Assembly (NCBI GenBank): GCA_041690595.1
Contig: JAWLHB010000008.1
Location: 186,001-238,840 of the forward strand
Source of the DNA: Lentisphaeria bacterium
Lineage (GTDB): Bacteria > Verrucomicrobiota > Lentisphaeria > JABSQK01 > JAWLHB01
Length of the DNA: 52,840 nucleotides
Direction: 5' to 3'
Shown: positions 40,991 to 50,293 of the stretch, piece after piece
Layout of the letters: the number at the start of each line of letters is the position of its first letter
Numbering within the stretch: the first letter of the stretch is position 1
Made by a program: the position numbers and the translations under genes
Notes under the pieces: model-generated
What the model was told of the DNA's origin: nothing
The model's database searches: none
Seen by the model: only the letters and a program-made list of their open reading frames with translations

Positions 40991-41805
40991 TTCCATTCGG
41001 GTACATCAACGAGTGGCGCGGTTATGCGCCCTGGGAGACGCAGGCGATGGTCGAGCAGGACTTGATTGTCAGCCGCGTCGTGGTCGCGCTCTTTGCCGAC
41101 CCGTTCCTGCGCGATGCGCTGATCTTTCGCGGCGGCACGGCACTGAACAAGCTGTGCTTCCCGCAGCCGTTGCGCTACTCCGAGGACGTGGACCTTGTTC
41201 AACGCGAGGCCGGGCCGATCGGTCCGGTGTTCGACGGCGTGCGCCGGACGCTGGCCGACTGGCTTGGGGAGAAACCGGCCCGGAAGCAGGGTCCCGGTGT
41301 GGTGAATCTCGTCTATCGTGCCCTGTCCGAAGATGTACCGCCGTTGCCGTTGCGCATCAAGATTGAGATCAATACGCGGGAGCACTTCCAGGTACTGCCC
41401 CTGGCCGAGCGGCATCTGCGGGTCGAGTCGCGCTGGTTCACCGGGGAAACCCGTATTCCCGTGTACGCGACCGAGGAACTGCTGGGCACCAAACTGCGCG
41501 CGCTTTATCAGCGCCGCAAAGGACGCGACCTATTCGACCTGGCGGCAGCGTTACGTGAGCTGTCGCCCGACACCGCGGCTATCGTCGAAGCTTTTCAACG
41601 CTACATGGCCGAAGAAGGACAGCATGTGACTCAGGCCGAGTTCGGCGCAAACCTGGCCGCGAAGCTGGATCATCCCGGGTTCGTCGCGGACTGCGTACCC
41701 TTGCTGAAGCCGGGCGTCGTGTTCGATCTCAAGGCCGATGCAAAGCTGCTGGAGATGCGGATTCTGTCGCTTTTGCCTGGCCCGAAGGCGGAGGACAAAG
41801 CCTGA
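40987..41805 (+). CDS. Type IV TA toxin, AbiEii/AbiGii nucleotidyltransferase
   Basis: VEQDL, FRGGTALNK, RYSEDVDL, KIEINTRE, TKLRALYQRRKGRDLFDL. ATGA overlap with the antitoxin. Confidence 0.92.
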   Translation: MIPFGYINEWRGYAPWETQAMVEQDLIVSRVVVALFADPFLRDALIFRGGTALNKLCFPQPLRYSEDVDLVQREAGPIGPVFDGVRRTLADWLGEKPARKQGPGVVNLVYRALSEDVPPLPLRIKIEINTREHFQVLPLAERHLRVESRWFTGETRIPVYATEELLGTKLRALYQRRKGRDLFDLAAALRELSPDTAAIVEAFQRYMAEEGQHVTQAEFGANLAAKLDHPGFVADCVPLLKPGVVFDLKADAKLLEMRILSLLPGPKAEDKA

Positions 41806-41870
41806 TGCTTCCAGCCGTCATCAGTCGGGAGATCGAGGAGGGCATCAAGTCCTTCCTTCGCTGAACATTC
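41805..41870 (+). pseudogene. N-terminal remnant of a probable DEAD/DEAH-box helicase gene
   Basis: TGATG-coupled start giving MLPAVISREIEEGIKSFLR*TF, resembling N-termini of defence-island helicases; cut off by repeat copy 2. Confidence 0.45.
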
Positions 41871-41891
41871 CCTCCGTCCACTCCCGCGTTT

Positions 41892-42030
41892 GAGGCACTT
41901 GCTCAAGCAAACCGATCTGCCTCTGAAAGCTATCGCCGCCGCCTGTGGCTACGCCGATCTGTCCCACCTCGATCGCGCCTTCCAACAAGCCTATCAAGTC
42001 TCCCCGAGCGAAGCCCGTCAGGCACCATGA
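41892..42030 (+). repeat. 139-bp direct repeat, copy 2 (orphan xylR 3' end)
   Basis: Identical to 39542-39680. Confidence 0.95.
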
Positions 42031-42293
42031 TCCGAGTAAGACCTCGGGGAGAAGCGGGAGGCGGGGAGGACCAAAAAGGATGAATAGGAAGAACAGGACT
42101 GATGAAGGGGACGCAGGGGACGCGGTCCGGCGGCAGTCATAAGGATGAGGTAAAGAATGGCTCCAGCGACAGGACTTGCGTCCGTCGGTGGACGGGCGCT
42201 TCGCGTTGTATGGGCATCTAAACGCCAATTGGCGCGGGGCCGTCAGGAGGAACGGTTATCCGGCGGAGCCTGGTCGAGATAACGTCCAGGCAA

Positions 42294-42338
42294 TTGACTG
42301 GTGGCGGCACAGAGCTATTGTATTCACTTTCTGGAATA
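42294..42338 (+). promoter_or_regulatory. Promoter TTGACT-N16-TATTGT with palindrome TATTC-N8-GAATA (candidate ArsR operator)
   Basis: -35 at 42294, -10 at 42316, palindrome at 42321-42338 upstream of arsR. Confidence 0.6.
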
Positions 42339-42369
42339 TTCGAAATCCTGCATTCCGCGAGGTACGTTG

Positions 42370-42777
42370 ATGGATGGTAGAACCGACTATGACACGGCGG
42401 CGCAGCTGTTGAAGACGCTCGGGCACCCAGTCCGTCTGTCACTGCTGAGCGAACTGGTTAATGGGCCAAAGTGCGTCAGCGACATCCAGGACTTGGTGGA
42501 GATTCGCCAGGCCAACGTCTCGCAACACCTGGCGATTCTCCGTCGGGCGAAACTGGTGTCGTGCCATGAGCATGGCAATGTGCGTTGTTACTACCTGCTC
42601 CGTCCTGGGCTGGTGCACGACCTGTTGCAGCTCCTTGGGCACGACTATCCGGTCGTCGAGCGCACGCCTGAAGCGGTTCGCCGTGCCGCCCACAAACGCC
42701 TGCACCGGGAATCCACGGAAACGCGCGGCAGGAACGACACAGCGTCTGCGGGTTGCCAGACCGGAGCCCGTCCATGA
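42370..42777 (+). CDS. ArsR/SmtB family transcriptional regulator
   Basis: LKTLGHPVRL, KCVSDI, QANVSQHLAILR. Confidence 0.9.
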   Translation: MDGRTDYDTAAQLLKTLGHPVRLSLLSELVNGPKCVSDIQDLVEIRQANVSQHLAILRRAKLVSCHEHGNVRCYYLLRPGLVHDLLQLLGHDYPVVERTPEAVRRAAHKRLHRESTETRGRNDTASAGCQTGARP

Positions 42778-43553
42778 CTCCGCTGACTCGACACAAACAC
42801 TATGCCAGCCCGTCGGTCTTTACCGTCGATGGCCTTCTTCGCGAGGCGCGGCGGCAGAAGAACGTGCCTCCGGGAAACGTGCCGGAAGTCTGCCTGCTTG
42901 ACCCGGATGGCGATCTTTCACGCGAGCTGAAAATGGCTGGAGCCCACCTGAATCCACACTGGGCCTGCTACCATACCGAGATGCAGGAGCTCGTCACGCC
43001 AACGGCAACTGTCGGAGTGGTCGGCTGTGCGGTTGGTGCATCGTTCGCCGTACTGGTCGCCGAGGAGTTGTTTGCTTCCGGGTGCCGGTTGCTGGTCAGT
43101 ATCACGTCGGCCGGACAGCTTGTTCCTGCCGGCGAGCCACCCTATTTCGTGCTGATCGACCGCGCCTTGCGTGACGAAGGGACCAGCCACCATTATCTGC
43201 CGCCATCATCGTATGCGCATGCTTCGCCACGGATGCTGGCGTTGTTTGATGGCCTGACCACCGGCGAACAGCCGGTCATTCGGGGCGGAGCATGGACGAC
43301 CGATGCGCCCTTCCGGGAAACCGAGGAAGGGATAGCTTTCGCCCGATCCGAGGGACTGCTGGCGGTCGAGATGGAAGCGGCTGCGCTCTACGCGCTCGCC
43401 GAAGCGAAGGCATATTCGATCCTCTGCTTCGCCCACGTCACCAACCGCATGGCCACCGTCGAGAACGACTTCGAGAAGGGCGAAGCCAACGGCAACAAGG
43501 CGCTCATCGATCTGATCGGGCGCGTCATCCAGGCATGGAGGGAGCGCCCATGA
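42774..43553 (+). CDS. Nucleoside phosphorylase (PNP/UDP family) protein
   Basis: ALRDEGTSHHY, WTTDAPFRET, VEMEAAAL. Confidence 0.88.
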   Translation: MTPLTRHKHYASPSVFTVDGLLREARRQKNVPPGNVPEVCLLDPDGDLSRELKMAGAHLNPHWACYHTEMQELVTPTATVGVVGCAVGASFAVLVAEELFASGCRLLVSITSAGQLVPAGEPPYFVLIDRALRDEGTSHHYLPPSSYAHASPRMLALFDGLTTGEQPVIRGGAWTTDAPFRETEEGIAFARSEGLLAVEMEAAALYALAEAKAYSILCFAHVTNRMATVENDFEKGEANGNKALIDLIGRVIQAWRERP

Positions 43554-44127
43554 AAACGCGCGAGAGCGGCATGCCCGACGAGGTCATGTGGCGCACCTTC
43601 TTCAATCCCGAGGCCATCTTCGACGCGCTGGGCCTGACCGCCGAGACCGGCGACACGGTGGACTTCGGCTGTGGCTACGGGACCTTCTCGCTGCCCGCCG
43701 CCCGCCGTATTCGCGGCACCCTTCATGGCTTCGACATCGAGGCTGCAATGATCGATGAGTGCGAACGCCTTGCCCACCAGGCAGGCTTGCGCAATATCCG
43801 CTTCGAGCGGCGGGACTTCATCGCCGACGGCACCGGGTTGGGCGATGGCTCCGTCGAGTACGTCATGCTCTTCAACATCCTGCACGCGGAGGAGCCACTG
43901 CGCCTGCTCCACGAAGCATGGCGCATCCTCGCCCATGGCGGTCGAGTTGGAGTCATCCACTGGAACTACGACCCAACCACCCCGCGAGGCCCGTCCATGC
44001 GCATCCGTCCCCGGCCCGAGGACTGTCGACGATGGATGATCCAGGCAGGTTTCACTGTCGCCGACCACATCATTAACCTGCCCCCCACCACTACGGCCTT
44101 GTCGGCCGCAAAGGAGCCGAAGCATGA
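43550..44127 (+). CDS. Class I SAM-dependent methyltransferase (1-bp frameshift in the C run at about 44081-44086)
   Basis: MKTRESGMP, DFGCGYGTF, LFNILH. Adding one base restores LPPHHYGLVGRKGAEA*, whose stop overlaps the dsrE-like ATG. Confidence 0.82.
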
Positions 44128-44444
44128 AACTTGGCATGATCATCACCCAGACCGATCCCGAAACCGTGTTCAACGCCCTGCGCCTGGCCCTCTACAGCCT
44201 GAAGCAAGGCGATCAGGTGCGCATTTTTCTCTCGGGCCGGGGCGTAGACATCGACAAGATCGAGGACGCCACCTTCGACGTGAAGGGGCAGGCACAACAG
44301 GTGCTCGACGCGGGCGGTGAGTTCCTCGCCTGCGGGACCTGCCTGAAACTGCGCAATTCGGCGGGCTCGGAAATCTGCCCGTTGTCCACGCTCAAGGACC
44401 ACTACGAGATCGTCCGTGATTCGGATCGGCTGATCACCGTTTGA
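44124..44444 (+). CDS. DsrE/DsrF-like sulfur-transfer family protein
   Basis: DPETVFNALRLA, IFLSGRGV, ACGTCLKLR, CPLSTLKD. Confidence 0.85.
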   Translation: MKLGMIITQTDPETVFNALRLALYSLKQGDQVRIFLSGRGVDIDKIEDATFDVKGQAQQVLDAGGEFLACGTCLKLRNSAGSEICPLSTLKDHYEIVRDSDRLITV

Positions 44445-44581
44445 TACTACTCGGCATCGTCCCCGCCGACAGTCCGCGGGGGTTGCTGTACGTGCGGAAG
44501 AAGGGCAAGGGCCTCGCTTCTTGATTTGCTTCTCTCGACGCATGGCGTTGGCGCGCGAGCACGCTACCTTATGAATCGCCC

Positions 44582-44629
44582 ATGCCCATCTCCGTACTCG
44601 TCTATGGCACCCTGAAGCGCGGGCAGTGA
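44582..44629 (+). pseudogene. Gamma-glutamylcyclotransferase (AIG2-like) N-terminal remnant
   Basis: MPISVLVYGTLKRGQ* carries the VYGTLxxG signature but stops after 15 codons. Confidence 0.55.
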
Positions 44630-44730
44630 AATACGGCTCGCGAAGCGAACGGAGAGCAAGCCGTGGCTTGGCCGAAGACCGGTCGATTTTCCGTGGCCTT
44701 CCCCATACTCAGTACATACAAGGACTCATC

Positions 44731-46623
44731 ATGCGCCTCATTACCACTCCGGATATAGGATACCAGGATCACCAGTTCGACGTCTGCGTCGTGGGCGGGG
44801 GCATGGCTGGCATGATTGCCGCCTTGGCTTCGGCGCGCAATGGCGCCCGGACGGCTCTGGTTCACGATCGCCCCGTACTCGGTGGCAACGCCTCGAGCGA
44901 AGTGCGTATGTGGATCTGTGGTGCACACGGCCGCCACAACAAGGAGACAGGCATTCTGGAGGAGATCCAACTCGAGAACCAGTACCGCAACCCATCGCTC
45001 AACTTCTCGATCTGGGACAGTGTGCTGTACGGTCATGTGGCCAACCAGCCCAATCTCACCGTCTTCCTCAATACGTCCTGTGCCGATGCCAGCATGACCG
45101 ATGGTTATCTCACCGCCATCCGTTGCTGGCAGCCCAGTTCTCAGACCTGGCACCGTATCGAAGCCACACAGTACGTCGATACCTCCGGCGACAGCATTCT
45201 GGCAGCCCTCACCGGCGCCGACAATCGCATCGGGCGCGAGGCCAGAGAGGAGTTCGACGAGGATATCGAGCCAAGCGTCGGCGACGACAAGACCATGGGC
45301 AACAGCATCCTGCTGCAGGCCGTCAAGACCCAATCCCCTCAGCCCTTTGTCGCCCCCAAGTGGGCCTACAAGTTCACCGATCCAGCCGATCTGGAATACC
45401 GAGTCCACGGGCTCAACTCTTCCAACTTCTGGTGGATCGAGCTGGGGGGTATCAACGACACAATCAAAGATGCCGAAGCCATTCGCCATGACCTGACCAA
45501 GGTCGTCTATGGCATCTGGGACTACCTCAAAAACCATGCGCCGGACCGCGACAAGGCTGCCAATTGGGGCCTCGCCTGGATCGGCTCGGTACCAGGCAAA
45601 CGCGAAAGCCGTCGCTACGTCGGCGATCACACCCTGACGCAGAACGATATTCGCGCCGAAGGCAAGTTCCACGATACCGTCGCCTACGGTGGTTGGAGCA
45701 TGGATGACCACCATCCCGCGGGTCTCTACTACCCGGGGCGACCGACTCTCTTTCACCCGGCCCCATCGCCCTACGGTATCCCCTTTCGTTGCCTCTACTC
45801 CCGCGCCGTGCCCAATCTGCTCTGCGCCGGACGGAACATTTCGACCACTCATGCCGCCCTCTCCAGCACCCGGGTCATGGGCACCACCTCTCTCCTTGGC
45901 CAGGCCGCCGGCACTGCCGCGGCCCTCTGCATTCGCCACGGCGTGACGCCGCGAGAGCTCGGCCAGCGCCACATCACCGAGCTCCAGCAGACGCTGATGG
46001 ACGACGACGTCTGGCTGCCCGGCATGCCTCGTCCAATCAGTGGCCTGATGCGTGAAGGACGCATCAGTGTCGATGATGGCGATGCCGCTGCCGCCCGCCT
46101 CATCGATGGTCTTGACCGCGATCGCGAAGAGGCCGACCACGGCGTCGATCTGGCCCCAGGCCAAGCGATTACCATGCGCTGGGAGACCGCCCGCGAGATC
46201 CCCGGCATTCGCCTCATCGCCGACAGCAATCTCGATGACCACAAACGCATGCCCTGCATGTTCCCGCAGCCGGGCGAGATCAATCGGCTATCCCGCCGCC
46301 TCGTGCGCGCCTATCGCGTCGAGGCACAGAACGCCGACGGCAGCTGGAGCATCGTCCACCACGAAGCCAACAGTCACCAGCGCCTCATCCGTCTCCCGCT
46401 GGGCATCACCACCCACGCCATACGCCTCATCCCCGAGGCCACATGGGGTGGAGAAAACGCCCGATTCTTTGCCGCCGAAGCCGTCACTCAAGGCCTGGGC
46501 AAGGACGCCCAGTTCCCCGAAGGACCACGCTTCGTCGAGCTGCGTGCCACCATGGACCCTGCCGACCTCGAGCAGCCCGAGTCCGACACACCTGAAACAC
46601 GAAAGCACGGTTGGACAGCCTGA
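44731..46623 (+). CDS. FAD-dependent oxidoreductase with C-terminal discoidin-like beta domain
   Basis: DVCVVGGGMAG, RPVLGGNASSEVR, DTSGD, RESRR, YGIPFRCLYS, AGRNIS, STRVMGT. Confidence 0.9.
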   Translation: MRLITTPDIGYQDHQFDVCVVGGGMAGMIAALASARNGARTALVHDRPVLGGNASSEVRMWICGAHGRHNKETGILEEIQLENQYRNPSLNFSIWDSVLYGHVANQPNLTVFLNTSCADASMTDGYLTAIRCWQPSSQTWHRIEATQYVDTSGDSILAALTGADNRIGREAREEFDEDIEPSVGDDKTMGNSILLQAVKTQSPQPFVAPKWAYKFTDPADLEYRVHGLNSSNFWWIELGGINDTIKDAEAIRHDLTKVVYGIWDYLKNHAPDRDKAANWGLAWIGSVPGKRESRRYVGDHTLTQNDIRAEGKFHDTVAYGGWSMDDHHPAGLYYPGRPTLFHPAPSPYGIPFRCLYSRAVPNLLCAGRNISTTHAALSSTRVMGTTSLLGQAAGTAAALCIRHGVTPRELGQRHITELQQTLMDDDVWLPGMPRPISGLMREGRISVDDGDAAAARLIDGLDRDREEADHGVDLAPGQAITMRWETAREIPGIRLIADSNLDDHKRMPCMFPQPGEINRLSRRLVRAYRVEAQNADGSWSIVHHEANSHQRLIRLPLGITTHAIRLIPEATWGGENARFFAAEAVTQGLGKDAQFPEGPRFVELRATMDPADLEQPESDTPETRKHGWTA

Positions 46624-46639
46624 GAGTATGGAGCGGAGG

Positions 46640-46663
46640 TCTGACGGATCTGACGGATCTGAC
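46640..46663 (+). repeat. 9-bp tandem repeat (TCTGACGGA)n, left part; continues at 48112-48135 after the IS
   Basis: tctgacggatctgacggatctgac | IS | gacggatctgacggatctgacggg. Confidence 0.85.
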
Positions 46664-46817
46664 TAATACTCTTCACTTTATGATTATCTCCCAGACGACC
46701 CGTTGAGATTTGCTGCTGCGCCGCTTCTTGGGCCATCGCGACTTTCGCTTCGTGGCGCGTGGCGCTTTCCTGCCTATGCTATGCTTGGCGCGGGCAGCGG
46801 CGACTTCGGTTAGCATT

Positions 46818-48041
46818 TCATTGAGGCGGGCCTGAAGATCCTTTTGCCGGAGGGGGAAAAGGAAGCGCCGAGGCGCTTTTTCGTTTGATGATTTCGACGG
46901 TTTGTCGAAATCCGATATCGTCTGGGTCCAGATGGTTGGCGCGGGCCGCTCGGTGGATGATAACGCGGACCAGATAGTGCGCCAGGAGGAAGCCCCAGAA
47001 TTCCTGCCGGATCAGGTCGGGGCGCTTGCTGCGCAGACCGTGATCGGGCAACTTCATGTGGAGCTTCATTTCGGCAAAGGTGGTTTCCACGCCCCAACGC
47101 TCGCAATACAACCTGGCAAGCTCCTCGGCCGGCGCCGCTTGCCAATCAAGGATATTGGTGACCAGCCGATAATGCTCGGTGCTTGTTTTGCCCTTTTCCC
47201 GGACTTCATAGTCAATGACCCGGACGATAACGCCGCCTTCGTGCCGCCGGTCGGCATGATCCCGATAGATCTTGGCCAGATAGGAACCGTCGGGGAGGTG
47301 CTCGATCGGCTTGAGGTTCAGGTTGGCCCTGGCCCGGAGCAGGAACCTCGCGCCGGTGGCCTCTATTTTGGCGCAGGTGTCGTAACCCATATAGTAACGG
47401 TCGCCCAAAAGCAGCATTTCGGAGGTCAGGCTAGGGATAATCTGATCCGCCAGCTTCTTCTCCGAGTCCTTGTCGTTGCCCTGTGCCACCGCGAACATGC
47501 TGCGCGTTCCAAGTTCCACCAGCGCCACGAAGTGCAACTGCGGATAGGGGTACTCCTTGCCATTACTGTGCCGGGGAAACTCCTTGACGATCTCGTCTTC
47601 GTCGGGAAGATCGAAGTCGCTGCCGTCAATTCCCACCAGGCGCCACTGCCGATACCAGGCGCCCTTGCTGTCGCGATCGGCCAGAGGCCGGCAAACCGCG
47701 GTAAACAACTCCTTCATCACCTCTTCACCCAACCGCTCGCGTCCCTGTGAAATCGCCGCCTCGCCCGCCGCATCACGGCAGACGGAAGGAAAAACCAGCG
47801 ACAGACCTTCCAGCAGGGCCTTCAAGACCGAACGGATATTCACGTTCGAGAACAAGGCCATGGCCACCACATAATAGACCAAGAACTCGCGCGGAAGCTT
47901 TCTCTGCCGCTCAGTCTGTTTGCCATGCTTCCGCAATACCCCTTGCACCAGTGGCATCGGCAGAACCTCCGCGAGGGTACTCATAGCGATATAGTCGTTC
48001 AACCGGACGCCGCCCAACAGTTCCTGTTTGCTTCGAGCCAT
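46818..48041 (-). CDS. IS4 family DDE transposase
   Basis: GIDGS, LLLGDR, YRLVTNI, LYCERWGVETTFAEMK (YREK), LRSKRPDLIRQEFWG. AAGGAGG RBS. Confidence 0.95.
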   Translation of the reverse strand: MARSKQELLGGVRLNDYIAMSTLAEVLPMPLVQGVLRKHGKQTERQRKLPREFLVYYVVAMALFSNVNIRSVLKALLEGLSLVFPSVCRDAAGEAAISQGRERLGEEVMKELFTAVCRPLADRDSKGAWYRQWRLVGIDGSDFDLPDEDEIVKEFPRHSNGKEYPYPQLHFVALVELGTRSMFAVAQGNDKDSEKKLADQIIPSLTSEMLLLGDRYYMGYDTCAKIEATGARFLLRARANLNLKPIEHLPDGSYLAKIYRDHADRRHEGGVIVRVIDYEVREKGKTSTEHYRLVTNILDWQAAPAEELARLYCERWGVETTFAEMKLHMKLPDHGLRSKRPDLIRQEFWGFLLAHYLVRVIIHRAARANHLDPDDIGFRQTVEIIKRKSASALPFPPPAKGSSGPPQ

Positions 48042-48065
48042 ATCTGCCTCCTTGTGGTATGGGGC

Positions 48066-48093
48066 AATATACGGCTCACTATAGGCAAGTCAA
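48066..48093 (-). promoter_or_regulatory. Transposase promoter TTGACT-N16-TATATT
   Basis: Lies just inside the upstream IR. Confidence 0.6.
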
Positions 48094-48344
48094 GCTAAGT
48101 GAAGAGTCTTAGACGGATCTGACGGATCTGACGGGCAAGTGACAGGGCCGTCGGCAACAGCTTAATCGCCGCTTGGGGAGCGCCTTGCGCATAAGTACCG
48201 TGGGATTGAGCGAAAGGTCTATCTGGTTCTTTGCTGTTGCCCGAATATTCTCCCATTTGTGGTTTCTTTGGCCGGACTACTATATTTCTATGTCAGAAGT
48301 CATTTGTCTTATCTTTGTTTGGTCGAGTTGATTGAGGAGCAGAT

Positions 48345-49964
48345 ATGCCAGATGCGCCGCCGACGGGAATTTCAGGTGAAGGGCAGCCTTCCTACGAGGA
48401 GGAGTTCCGGGCCATCGGTAAGATTCTTGAGAACGATGCCGAGCAGATCATGAGGCGATGGTTCGAGCGGGCCACCGAGGAGCAAGTGCACTCGCGCGCG
48501 CATCAGCGTGAAGAGGCGATGGATGAACTGCTCAATATGCTTCAATCGCTCGGCCAACGGCTCCACCAGCAGAGCGATCGCGCCTTGGAGATTGCCAGTC
48601 ATTTCGCACGTGAGCACGGGGAGCAGCGGTTCGACCTCAAATGGAACATCGTCGACTTGGTACGGGATTACGAGATTCTGCACGGTGTGGTACTGGAACA
48701 TCTCGGCCGGATGCTGAACGAACGGCTGACTTTCCGCCAAGCCATGATCATCGCCACGGTCATAACTGAAGCCATTGGTCAAGCCGTCAAGTCGTACAGT
48801 GCACTGACCTCTCAACAGCTGGAACAGCAGGCTGGGCAGCTTCGCGGACTGGCGGCGGACTTGAACACCGCCGAACAGCGACTACGCCGGCAACTCGCCC
48901 AGGCGCTGCACGATCACCTTCAGCAGTTGCTGGTCAGCGCACGGTTGAAAGTGGAGTGGGTTGCCGGGAGAGCTGACCCGGAAACGGCCGAACCCTTGGC
49001 TCAGGTTCAGGAGACGCTGGACCAGGCACTCCAGTGGTCCCGCGGTCTCACGACGGAACTCTACCCCCCGGTGCTCTATGATCGAGGGCTCGCCCCCGCC
49101 CTTGAGTGGCTTGGCAACCATGTCCGGGAGCAGCATGGCCTGCGAGTTCAACTGAGGACCGATCCAGCCGCCGAACCTGACGATCAGGACTTGCAGGCGT
49201 TTCTTTTTTCAGCGGTTCAGGAATTGCTGTTGAACGTCGTGAAGCACGCGGAGACCGATCAAGCGAAAGTCACCATGCGACGACAGCATTCGGGCGTTCT
49301 CATCACCGTGGAGGATAGGGGGGTAGGTTGCATGAGCAATGATGTTGTGCATCCAAGCGAAATGACAGCATTCGGCCTTTTCAACATCCGTGAGCGTCTG
49401 CGTGTGTTGAGCGGCAGCATGAACGTCGAAACAGCACCAGACCAGGGCTGCCGGGTCGAACTGTATTGTCCACTGGCCATGGCTCCCCGCAGCGATCAAT
49501 CTCGTTCGCAGGAACGAAGGACGCAGGAGGATGCAGTCAACGCACATGTGCAGTTTGAGCCTGAGCATACGCAGGGGAATCCGCCGAGAAAACGGATTCG
49601 CGTCATGATCGTGGACGATCACAAAATCATGCGTGAGGGGTTGCGCGGCATTCTGGGGCATGAGCAGTCCCTTGAGGTTGTGGCCGAAGCCGCCGACGGA
49701 AAGGAGGCGGTCGATCTGCTCGACGAGGTCTCGCCGGATGTGGTGATCATGGACATGGCGATGCCGCGTATGGACGGCGTCGAAGCTACGAAACAGATCA
49801 CGAAGCATCGGCCAGACATCCGCGTCGTTGGCCTCTCGATGCACAACAGTAAGGATATGGCAGATGCGATGTTCGACGCAGGCGCGTCGGCCTATCTGGC
49901 CAAGGGGGGGCCGTCCCGGGAACTGGTGAATGCGATCTTAAGTGTCGTGCGGGGCACAGACTGA
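48345..49964 (+). CDS. Soluble hybrid histidine kinase: RsbRD_N-like + HisKA_3 + HATPase + receiver
   Basis: AREHGEQR, LHDHLQQLL, QELLLNVVKHA, VEDRGVG, FGLFNIRERL, IVDDH, IMDMAMPRMDG, YLAK; no transmembrane segment. Confidence 0.88.
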   Translation: MPDAPPTGISGEGQPSYEEEFRAIGKILENDAEQIMRRWFERATEEQVHSRAHQREEAMDELLNMLQSLGQRLHQQSDRALEIASHFAREHGEQRFDLKWNIVDLVRDYEILHGVVLEHLGRMLNERLTFRQAMIIATVITEAIGQAVKSYSALTSQQLEQQAGQLRGLAADLNTAEQRLRRQLAQALHDHLQQLLVSARLKVEWVAGRADPETAEPLAQVQETLDQALQWSRGLTTELYPPVLYDRGLAPALEWLGNHVREQHGLRVQLRTDPAAEPDDQDLQAFLFSAVQELLLNVVKHAETDQAKVTMRRQHSGVLITVEDRGVGCMSNDVVHPSEMTAFGLFNIRERLRVLSGSMNVETAPDQGCRVELYCPLAMAPRSDQSRSQERRTQEDAVNAHVQFEPEHTQGNPPRKRIRVMIVDDHKIMREGLRGILGHEQSLEVVAEAADGKEAVDLLDEVSPDVVIMDMAMPRMDGVEATKQITKHRPDIRVVGLSMHNSKDMADAMFDAGASAYLAKGGPSRELVNAILSVVRGTD

Positions 49965-50004
49965 TGTTCCACCCGGTATCCCGCGACGCCGGAGGAGCTG
50001 CACC

Positions 50005-50250
50005 CTACGCGGGCTTTTCGTCGATCTGGATAGAGTCGGCATCGAAAAGCAGTCCGTCATTCTGCACCTCGACGGCACAGGCGTCGGCGAAAATGGCGCG
50101 CAGCCCGTCTTGGTTGAGGTCGCCGAATCCTAGCAGGTCGATGTCCAGAGTCGGGCGACCGGGAACATCGTGCCACGCTCCCTGGAGAACGAACGTTTCG
50201 GCGTGACCGGCGGCCTGAATTCAGTACAGCAGGCGTTCCAGGGGTTCGTT
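50005..50250 (-). pseudogene. AbiEii-type nucleotidyltransferase remnant
   Basis: Manual translation LERLLY*IQAAGHAETFVLQGA...RPTLDIDLLGFG...DGLLFDADSI..*, with an internal stop and truncation. Confidence 0.7.
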
Positions 50251-50293
50251 GGGTGAAAGACTTTCCGATGTTAGCCGGGGAGGATGAGTGCGT

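Larger units (their letters stand above)
46664..48111 (-). mobile_element. Complete IS4-family insertion sequence (about 1448 bp)
   Basis: Terminal IRs TAATACTCTTCACTT / AAGTGAAGAGTCTTA (one mismatch). 12-bp flanking duplication GACGGATCTGAC at 46652-46663 and 48112-48123. Confidence 0.92.

Noticed and set aside
39542..42030. 139-bp repeat pair as a DGR template/variable repeat
   Set aside because: The copies are identical (no adenine-specific mismatches) and no reverse transcriptase is in the window.
46640..48135. 9-bp repeats as a CRISPR array
   Set aside because: Units are too short, there are no spacers, and no cas genes are present.
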